A stretch of 64,000 nt of DNA, taken from Candidatus Omnitrophota bacterium. GTDB taxonomy: Bacteria; Omnitrophota; Omnitrophia; Omnitrophales; Omnitrophaceae. The notes under the pieces were generated by a model. That model did no database searches. It saw only the letters and a program-made list of their open reading frames with translations, and was not told the DNA's origin. Below, one piece after another: positions 39,557 through 46,447 of the stretch. The number at the start of each line of letters is the position of its first letter. The stretch's first letter is position 1. Where the stretch lies: positions 9,691 to 73,690 of the forward strand of contig JAKQXH010000044.1 in the NCBI GenBank assembly GCA_029561555.1. The letters run 5' to 3'. A program made the translations under genes and the position numbers.

Positions 39557-40591
39557 CTAAAACGGTCCTTTGAATTTTGTCGTGAGCAAAGGGACTTCTT
39601 TCTCCGCGGGAAAGTTCCGGCCCAGCATTTCACACACGGCTTGCGCGATCGTTTTCGCATTGGGATAGAAAATGTTCTCGAGCGGTTTGCTGACCGGGCA
39701 AACGACGGGCGCCATTCCCATCCGCCGGACGGGTGCTTTGAGACTTTTAAACCCTTTTTCCGCGGCAAGGGCGGCGATCTCGGCGCTTGCGCCGCAGGCC
39801 GTCCAGCTCGTATCGATCACAAGCAGGCGCCCCGTTTTTTCGATTGACTTCAAAATAACGCTCTCTTCCAGAGGAACCAGCGTGACCGGATCAATGATTT
39901 CGACGTCGATCCCTTCTCCGGCCAGAAATTCCGCGGCCTTCAAGCTCTCGACGACCATGTAGGAATTCGCGACGATCGTAATGTCTTTCCCCTCACGCCT
40001 GATGTTTGCCTTCTTCAGAGGAATTTCATAATAACCGTCGGGCACTTCGCCCGGGATGTCGTAAAGCAGGCGGTGTTCGATGACGGCGACCGGATTTGGG
40101 TCCGCGATGGCGGCGAGCAGAAGACCTTTCGCATCATAGGCGGTTGTGGGCATGACGACTTTCAGACCGGGGACATGCATGAGAAGCGACTGGGGGCTTT
40201 GCGAGTGCTGGGAACCCTGCCCCCAGCTCCGGCCGATTACGGCGCGGATCACGATCGGGACGCTCATCTGGCCGCCGAACATGTAACGCCATTTGGCGGC
40301 GATGTTGAAGAGTTGGTCCAGCGCGAGATAAAGAAAATCGCAGCGGATATGGATGTGGACGGGTCTCATCCCCGCCAGCGCGGCGCCGATGGCCACGCCG
40401 GTCATCGCGGCTTCCGAAAGCGGGGTGTCGAAAACTCTTTCGCGGCCGAAACGGTCGACCAGGTTCTTAGTGCTGCCGAATACCGCCTTGTGATCGTCGA
40501 CCCCGATTCCCATGATCAAGACGGAAGGATCCCTCTCCATCGCCGCCGTCAGGGCATCTAGGATGGCTTGTCCGTAATTACGCAGACTCAT
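39557..40591 (-). CDS. ThDP-dependent dehydrogenase E1 beta subunit-like
   Basis: RVFDTPLSE, GRSWGQGSQHSQ, VPGLKVVMP, EHRLLY, KTGRL. Confidence 0.88.
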   Translation of the reverse strand: MSLRNYGQAILDALTAAMERDPSVLIMGIGVDDHKAVFGSTKNLVDRFGRERVFDTPLSEAAMTGVAIGAALAGMRPVHIHIRCDFLYLALDQLFNIAAKWRYMFGGQMSVPIVIRAVIGRSWGQGSQHSQSPQSLLMHVPGLKVVMPTTAYDAKGLLLAAIADPNPVAVIEHRLLYDIPGEVPDGYYEIPLKKANIRREGKDITIVANSYMVVESLKAAEFLAGEGIDVEIIDPVTLVPLEESVILKSIEKTGRLLVIDTSWTACGASAEIAALAAEKGFKSLKAPVRRMGMAPVVCPVSKPLENIFYPNAKTIAQAVCEMLGRNFPAEKEVPLLTTKFKGPF

Positions 40592-41580
40592 TTCGGCTCC
40601 TCGAACAGATCTTCATACAGGCATTCCGGAGCGGGGAAAGGACTTTGTTCGGCGAAAGAAACGGCATCTTCGATCTCTTCCGAGATTTCTTTTTCCCATT
40701 CCGAAAATTGAAGATCGGATATCGAAAAGTGCTTCCGCAGAAATTCTTCCGAACGCGCAAGAGGGTCCCGCTGAATGGCCTGCCGGAGTTTTTCCGGTTC
40801 CCGGTAGGCCTCGGCATGGTCTTTGCCGATTCCCACGTGTTCGTAAATTCGGTAAGTCATGTATTCAAGAAGGACCGGCGCGGGATTTTCTTTTATGCGG
40901 GAAACGGCTTCTTTCATGGTTGAGTAAACTTCGGAAACATTGTTTCCGTCGAAGCGGCAGCCTTGAACGCCCAGGCCTTCCCCGAGGCGGTAGAGTTCTT
41001 TCTGCGTGTGACGGTCTGAGACACGGGAGTGGACGGCGTAGTTGTTGTTTTCGCAGACGTAAATAATCGGAAGCTTCTTGAGGACCGCAAAATTCATGCT
41101 TTCGAAAAACACGCCTTCGTCTACCGCGCCGTCGCCGAAGAAGGCCACCGCAACGCGGTCTTCTTTTTTGATTTTGGCCGCAAGCGCGTCGCCCGTTGCG
41201 ACGGGAATGGTGCTTGCGACGATGGCGGAGCAGCCCATCAGACCGGTTTCCGGTGCGGCCAAATGCATGGAGCCGCCCTTGCCCCGGGAGCAGCCGGTAT
41301 TTTTGGCGTAGAGTTCGGCAAACAACTTTTTAAGGTCACCGCCCCTGCCGATGTAAATGCCGTGTCCCCGGTAGGTGCCGTAGAGGTGGTCGGCGGGACT
41401 GAGCGCGAGGGAGACTCCCGCGGAAACGGCTTCCTGCCCGACGGACAAATGAATCGGGCTTTGGATTTTATCGCTCGGATAAATTTCGGCTACTTTCAGT
41501 TCGGCCAGCCGGATTTTGAGCATGGTCCGGTGAAGCGCGATGCTGATGTTCCGGTCGGGTTTCTGATTTCTAGTCGGCAT
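40588..41580 (-). CDS. ThDP-dependent dehydrogenase E1 alpha subunit-like
   Basis: HLSVGQEA, TYRGHG, GKGGSMH, GDGA...ENN ThDP motif, TYR...HVG. Confidence 0.88.
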   Translation of the reverse strand: MPTRNQKPDRNISIALHRTMLKIRLAELKVAEIYPSDKIQSPIHLSVGQEAVSAGVSLALSPADHLYGTYRGHGIYIGRGGDLKKLFAELYAKNTGCSRGKGGSMHLAAPETGLMGCSAIVASTIPVATGDALAAKIKKEDRVAVAFFGDGAVDEGVFFESMNFAVLKKLPIIYVCENNNYAVHSRVSDRHTQKELYRLGEGLGVQGCRFDGNNVSEVYSTMKEAVSRIKENPAPVLLEYMTYRIYEHVGIGKDHAEAYREPEKLRQAIQRDPLARSEEFLRKHFSISDLQFSEWEKEISEEIEDAVSFAEQSPFPAPECLYEDLFEEPK

Positions 41581-41633
41581 AAGTAGTTTTGGTTCCGGAT
41601 TTTACCATACGGCAAAGATTCGGCATATTTTTA

Positions 41634-42569
41634 TCAAACGTTCGCGTATTGAGTCCGTTTGATGATGCGGTAGCACTTGAGCAATTCCTGAATGCCGGCA
41701 TCCAGGGAAACATCGGGTCTGAACCCGGATTTTTCGATTTTTTCGTTGCTGACGATATAATTTCTCTGGTCGGGGTCTTTGCCGACTTCGGAGGCGGTGA
41801 TGGCGAAATGGGGGACGTGTTTTTTGATCGCTTCGCAAAGCTGACGCTTCGAAAGATTGCAGTCGCTGAGTCCCACGTTGTAAGTTTCCCCCTTCATTTT
41901 CTCGAAGGAATTCATTCCGTGCAGAAAGGCTTTTGCGACGTCCCGGACGTGGATGTAATTCCGGATGAAATCGGCTTCGAAAAGGACGACGAATCCGTCG
42001 AATACGGCCCGGTACACGAAATCATTCACCAGGAGATCCAGTCGCATCCGGGGACTGACGCCGAATGCCGTCGCAAGCCGGAACGTAATGCTCTCGCCCG
42101 AATCGAGAATCATTTTCTCGGCTTCGACCTTGAGGCGGCCGTATAGCGAAATTGGGTTCAAAGGTGTTTTCTCGTCGCAGGCAATACCGGTTTGTCCGAT
42201 GCCGTAACCGCTGTTGGTGGTCGGGTAAATAATTCTCTGATGCCTGCCGCGCATTTTGAGCAATTCTTTGACGGAATCAACGATGACTCCCCGGGCGGTG
42301 CAGGGGTCTTTCGAGCAAAGCGGTGCGCCGGTCAGACAGGCCAGCGGGAAAAGATAATCCGCGTCCTTGACGAGCTTTTCCATCAGCTTTGCGTTGCGGA
42401 CATCCCCGCGGACGACCTGGAACCGGGGATTCGCGCAACAGTCGAGCAGGGAAGCCTGCCGGAACATGAAATTGTCGACGACGGTGACTTCGTGATTTTC
42501 CCGAAGCAGTAAAGGAACGAGGACGGAACCGATATAGCCCGCGCCTCCGGTGACCAGTATTTTTGCCAT
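41634..42569 (-). CDS. NAD-dependent SDR resembling Campylobacter Cj1427 GDP-heptose C4-dehydrogenase
   Basis: TGGAGYIGSVL, PLACLTGAPLC, YPTTNSGYG, PISLYGRLK, FRLATAFGVSPRMRLDLLVNDF, RNYIHVRDV, DPDQRNYIVSN. These match Cj1427 as I recall it. Confidence 0.78.
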   Translation of the reverse strand: MAKILVTGGAGYIGSVLVPLLLRENHEVTVVDNFMFRQASLLDCCANPRFQVVRGDVRNAKLMEKLVKDADYLFPLACLTGAPLCSKDPCTARGVIVDSVKELLKMRGRHQRIIYPTTNSGYGIGQTGIACDEKTPLNPISLYGRLKVEAEKMILDSGESITFRLATAFGVSPRMRLDLLVNDFVYRAVFDGFVVLFEADFIRNYIHVRDVAKAFLHGMNSFEKMKGETYNVGLSDCNLSKRQLCEAIKKHVPHFAITASEVGKDPDQRNYIVSNEKIEKSGFRPDVSLDAGIQELLKCYRIIKRTQYANV

Positions 42570-42665
42570 TTTTGATCAACTCCTTTTGATGATTGATGTC
42601 TTGAATATCGGCATTTTGCGAAAAATTATTTCAGCGCGGATTTTTATCGTGAAATCCGGTCCTCA

Positions 42666-42882
42666 AAATTTAGTGCCAACAAAATAGTTCCCTGAAAAAT
42701 CGGAAATAATAGGAGGCTCCCTCAATGAGCATCGAACTTACGCGACTACAAGGAGCGTCAAGTTCGCCATGCGAATTGATCCCAGCAAGGCGCGGCCAAG
42801 CGGCTTGCGTGGGACTTTCATTTGCTAAATTCAGTGCCAACAAAATAGTTCCCTGAAAAATTGGAAATAATAGGAGGCTCCC
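42666..42882. repeat. Two 56-bp direct repeats (42666-42721 and 42827-42882, 2 mismatches) flanking a 105-nt structured insert
   Basis: AAATT(T/C)AGTGCCAACAAAATAGTTCCCTGAAAAAT(C/T)GGAAATAATAGGAGGCTCCC occurs twice, 161 nt apart; the right copy is the 3' end of the GT2 gene. Confidence 0.92.
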
Positions 42883-43535
42883 CACTTGAATATCTTCAGC
42901 TTCCTCACCCCGCCGATTCTCGGAGGTTCGTCTCCCGGGATTTCACCGATGCGGAGTTTCCGCTTCAGCGCCCGGACCGAAAGCAGGGGTTCCCAGCTGA
43001 CTTTCGTCCGGAAAAGTCTTTCGGCCGTCGAGTAGCCTTCGTCTTTGTTTAATTCAAGATCATAAATCAGGCGGGTTTTATAGGCCCGGTAGATGACCAT
43101 GGCGTCCGTGTAATGTCCCTTGTAAAGGAGATTGATCGTATTCGTGAACAGCCGGTTCCCGAATGCCGTCACCGGGTCGTCGTCTTCGCTTTTGGCCCCT
43201 TCAAGGTAGCGGGACACAATGACCATGTCATAACCTTCCTTCATTTTGGCGATCAGGGGCGGGATGAGTTCGGGGATGGAATTCCCGTCGGGACTGAACG
43301 TGATGACGACATCGCCTTCGATGTAGGGGAGGACTTCGTTATATCCCTGCCGGAATCCCGGTTTTTGCTGAACATAGACAAAATACCCGTTTTCCCTGGC
43401 GTATTCAATGGTCCCGTCGGTGGATCCTCCGTCGAGAATGATAATCTGCTCGCACCATTCTTTCCTGACTTTCGGCATAATTGCTTTCATGCCGTCGATT
43501 TCGTTGAGAGTCGGAACCAGTAATGTTGTTTTCAT
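42831..43535 (-). CDS. GT2 family glycosyltransferase (short, DPM-synthase-like)
   Basis: VPTLNE, DGGSTDGT, FSPDGNS at the DxD site, IVSRY, YTDAMVIYRA, EPPRIGG. Start ATG 43535. Confidence 0.85.
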   Translation of the reverse strand: MKTTLLVPTLNEIDGMKAIMPKVRKEWCEQIIILDGGSTDGTIEYARENGYFVYVQQKPGFRQGYNEVLPYIEGDVVITFSPDGNSIPELIPPLIAKMKEGYDMVIVSRYLEGAKSEDDDPVTAFGNRLFTNTINLLYKGHYTDAMVIYRAYKTRLIYDLELNKDEGYSTAERLFRTKVSWEPLLSVRALKRKLRIGEIPGDEPPRIGGVRKLKIFKWGASYYFQFFRELFCWH

Positions 43536-43735
43536 CCGTATCCAATCGCTTTTGATTAGCAAACGATAGCAATTTGAATTAGTTTACCCCGACTTTGCGG
43601 TTTTCGGCAGTACTTTTTTGCTGAGGGGAGTTCTCGGGAAATTTTTCCCGCCTCGCGCGAGGGCCGATTCGAGAGGTCGGTAAGTATTCCTACAGAAAGC
43701 AAGGGAAGCGCCGTAAATTTTGACAGGAGAAAACC

Positions 43736-44047
43736 ATGTATAAGAAGTGTATCTTGACGGGGTTATTGCTGCTGTTTTTTTTGTCGACGACTCCGTCTCC
43801 GGCCGTTGCCGACGACGCGGAAAATATCGCGGGCTTTACCAGCGGTTTTTCCCGGGTCCTGACCAGCGCTTTTCAACTGCCTCTTAAGCTGGTCAACGAT
43901 ACTTTCACGCAGCCTTTTCCTCTCGGAGTGCTTTACGGTGTTATCGACGGGACCGTCAGCACGGTGACCAATTTGGTCGGAGGGACTTTTGAAATGGCCG
44001 CGGCAGCCGCGCCTTACGCGAAATACGCCTGGATTGCCGCATTGTAA
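43736..44047 (+). CDS. Small exported/membrane protein (resembles TIGR04073 exosortase-associated family)
   Basis: SD AGGAG; signal peptide ending AVA; Gly-rich hydrophobic helices (GFSRVLTSAFQLP...GVLYGVIDG...LVGGTFE). Confidence 0.6.
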   Translation: MYKKCILTGLLLLFFLSTTPSPAVADDAENIAGFTSGFSRVLTSAFQLPLKLVNDTFTQPFPLGVLYGVIDGTVSTVTNLVGGTFEMAAAAAPYAKYAWIAAL

Positions 44048-44067
44048 TTTCGCCTTTAAATTTGATT

Positions 44068-44096
44068 TTTGCCCCGGATGAATTCGGAGCTATAAT
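44068..44096 (+). promoter_or_regulatory. Putative sigma70 promoter, probably giving a leaderless mRNA
   Basis: TTTGCC-17 nt-TATAAT (44091-44096), 8 nt before ATG 44105, with no SD. Confidence 0.5.
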
Positions 44097-44104
44097 TCAC
44101 CTTC

Positions 44105-44971
44105 ATGATGCGGATATTCGAGTACCAGACGGAATTTTTCCCGGAAGATCCTGTCCCGACGGAATGGTCCGCTTGCCGGGTGTTGAAGCAGACCCCTTTG
44201 GAAAATCCGGTAAATTATTTGGCCGCGCCGTGGGCGGTGCTGATGAACAAAGGGAAATTGGAGTCCGCTTCGAAAATGCGGATCGGGGGAGGGTTTACGG
44301 TTTGTCAGCATTCGAGATATTACGAACTGATTCCTTTATTGAAAACAATCGGGGTCGACACCCTGTTTTGCCCGCATGTTTCCGAAAAGGGAACGGACGG
44401 CATCCGCCTTTTTCCGTTTCCCCATTACGCCGTCAACGGAACCGCTCCGGGGAAAATCAAGGATTTGTTTTACGCTTTCGTCGGGATTGACAGTACGACG
44501 CCGGGAGGATCGGAGTTGAGGCGGAAAATATTTTTGATGAGCCATCCGCCCGGAACGGTTGTGATCGAGCGGAAGCGGTGGCACTGGCTGCGCGAAAACG
44601 GATGGGGGGATTTCCCGGAAGAGGAACAGATTCGGGAAAGGCGGGAGTATCGGGACCTGCTCTCCCGGTCGGAATTTTCTCTCTGCCCCCGCGGATTCGG
44701 CGCCGGCACGGTGAGATTTTGGGAGTCGCTCGCGGCCGGGGCGGTGCCGGTTCTTCTGTCGGATTTTTTAAAATTGCCGGAAGGCGTCGATTGGGAGCAG
44801 TGCATTGTGCGGATTCCGGAGGAAGAGGTGTCGCGTGTGCCGGAAATCCTTTCCGGGATTTCCAAGCCTCGGCGCGCGGAGATGAGCCGGAACTGCCGGG
44901 GAATTTATGCGCGGTTTTCAGGCGAAAATTTTGTGAGTGCCATCCGGGCTGTCTATCGTGAAACTTTTTAG
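44105..44971 (+). CDS. Exostosin (GT47)-family glycosyltransferase-like protein
   Basis: YRDLLSRSEFSLCPRGFGAGTVRFWESLAAGAVPVLLSD..LP...W signature. Confidence 0.8.
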   Translation: MMRIFEYQTEFFPEDPVPTEWSACRVLKQTPLENPVNYLAAPWAVLMNKGKLESASKMRIGGGFTVCQHSRYYELIPLLKTIGVDTLFCPHVSEKGTDGIRLFPFPHYAVNGTAPGKIKDLFYAFVGIDSTTPGGSELRRKIFLMSHPPGTVVIERKRWHWLRENGWGDFPEEEQIRERREYRDLLSRSEFSLCPRGFGAGTVRFWESLAAGAVPVLLSDFLKLPEGVDWEQCIVRIPEEEVSRVPEILSGISKPRRAEMSRNCRGIYARFSGENFVSAIRAVYRETF

Positions 44972-45767
44972 TTTTTACACTCCGTCCCACGGGATATTCA
45001 AGGACCGGTGGTTTCTCCCTTCGTTGAGGGAGAAGTACGAATTGATTTTCGAAGAATGTCCGCAGGAGTGCGAGGCGGCCGAGTTCATGGCCGGGGGCTG
45101 GCTGGCGACGATGATGCGAAAAGTGGATTTGATCATCCGCGCGATTCAAGGCAATTTCGGCGAGGTTTTTATTTATTCCGACATGGACGTCCAGTTTTTC
45201 AGGCCCATGAGAGAGCTGATTTTGAGGCGAATGGCGGGGAATGATATGGCGATTCAGCAGAATGCCCCTCTTGAAAGTCCCGCTGAGCAACTTTGCGCGG
45301 GATTTTTTGCCTGCCGGGCGAACCGGAAAACCTTGAATCTTTGGAGGACGGTCAGGGATTGCGTGGAAAGACTGGGAGATAGCGGGCCGGTTAACGAACA
45401 ATCCGTTTTGAACGGGTTGCTTGCAGGTGAAGATTCGCAATTACGCTGGATGCTGAACCGGTTTCGTGGGGGCGACTCTTTCCCCGGCGGTTTCTTTTTT
45501 CTGAAAAAGTTTTTCGCCCGGGCTCTAATTTCCCGCATAACGCGGTGCCGGAATTTCCTGAATTGGGAATTTCTCCCCCGTGAGTTTTTCGGAGGGGGCG
45601 TGTTCACCGGAAAAATCTGGAATCCGGGCGAGGAGCTTGAGATTCCCGACAATATTATTTTGCATCACGCAAATTGGACGGTTGGGGTGCGGAATAAAGT
45701 CGCCCAGCTGGAATACGTTCAAGAGAAGGTCCGGCAGAGAGAACTCTGCCCGGACTTAGGGGGTTGA
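44958..45767 (+). CDS. Nucleotide-diphospho-sugar transferase (GT77-like, GT-A fold)
   Basis: RKVDLI, IYSDMDVQFF, LCAGFFACR, NEQSVLN, HHANW...K. Start set to GTG 44958. Confidence 0.75.
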   Translation: MKLFSFYTPSHGIFKDRWFLPSLREKYELIFEECPQECEAAEFMAGGWLATMMRKVDLIIRAIQGNFGEVFIYSDMDVQFFRPMRELILRRMAGNDMAIQQNAPLESPAEQLCAGFFACRANRKTLNLWRTVRDCVERLGDSGPVNEQSVLNGLLAGEDSQLRWMLNRFRGGDSFPGGFFFLKKFFARALISRITRCRNFLNWEFLPREFFGGGVFTGKIWNPGEELEIPDNIILHHANWTVGVRNKVAQLEYVQEKVRQRELCPDLGG

Positions 45768-45768
45768 A

Positions 45769-46422
45769 ATGATTCCGGGGCGTTATTTGGCGGAGACGGG
45801 GAGGAAATATTTCGAATGGCAGAATCGCGGCGGGATCAACCGCGGCGTGATCAACGCGAGAAAATTTTCCCGGTACCTTGATCCCCGGGATACGGTACTG
45901 GATTTCGGATGCGGGGGAGGGCATCTGCTTTCGCAAATCCGGTGCCGGAAGAAAATCGGGATCGAAGTGAATCCGGCGGCCCGCGCGGAAGCAGAACAAT
46001 ACGGTTATGAAATTCACGACGGCCTTGATGCGGTCGTGCCGGCATCCGTCGATGCCGTTATCATGAATCACTCGCTGGAGCATCTGGCGGATCCGCTTGA
46101 GACACTCCGGAAAGTGCGAAGGGTCCTCGGGGACGGCGGGAAACTGATCTGCTGCGTTCCGATGGAAGATTGGCGGACTCAAAAAAGGTATCGGAAGAAC
46201 GATGTGAATTGTCACTTGTACGCTTGGACCCCTCAGTCTTTGGGTAATTTACTGAAAGAGGCGGGGTTCGGGATCGGGGAGATCAAAATTTATACGCATG
46301 CATGGCCTCCCGGGGTTTTTTTTCTGAACCGGGTCTTGCCTTTGGCTGTTTTTGATTGGATTTGCCGGATTTACGCGATTTGCAAGAAACGCCGGCAGAT
46401 GATTGCGGTGGCGGTGAAATAA
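45769..46422 (+). CDS. Class I SAM-dependent methyltransferase
   Basis: VLDFGCGGG, GIEVN, HSLEHLADP, LGDGGKL. Confidence 0.88.
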   Translation: MIPGRYLAETGRKYFEWQNRGGINRGVINARKFSRYLDPRDTVLDFGCGGGHLLSQIRCRKKIGIEVNPAARAEAEQYGYEIHDGLDAVVPASVDAVIMNHSLEHLADPLETLRKVRRVLGDGGKLICCVPMEDWRTQKRYRKNDVNCHLYAWTPQSLGNLLKEAGFGIGEIKIYTHAWPPGVFFLNRVLPLAVFDWICRIYAICKKRRQMIAVAVK

Positions 46423-46447
46423 AAGGGCCGGGATAACGGGGAAATTC

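Noticed and set aside
39557-41580. Central-metabolism pyruvate dehydrogenase pdhAB
   Set aside because: No E2/E3 nearby and embedded in an NDP-sugar operon, so gene symbols were not assigned.
42666-42882. DGR template/variable repeat pair, or CRISPR remnant
   Set aside because: Only 2 mismatches, in opposite directions (one A in each copy on the coding strand), and no reverse transcriptase nearby. Two 56-bp units with a 105-nt spacer and no cas genes do not fit CRISPR.
42670-42885. 71-aa ORF ending GASYYFRFFRELFCWH
   Set aside because: By-product of the duplicated GT2 3' end; it has no independent start signals.
44457-45440. 327-aa minus-strand ORF and similar long antisense ORFs (23959, 25853, 28341, 36857, 54207)
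   Set aside because: They overlap well-supported genes on the opposite strand and have low-complexity Arg/Pro-rich or otherwise non-protein-like translations.
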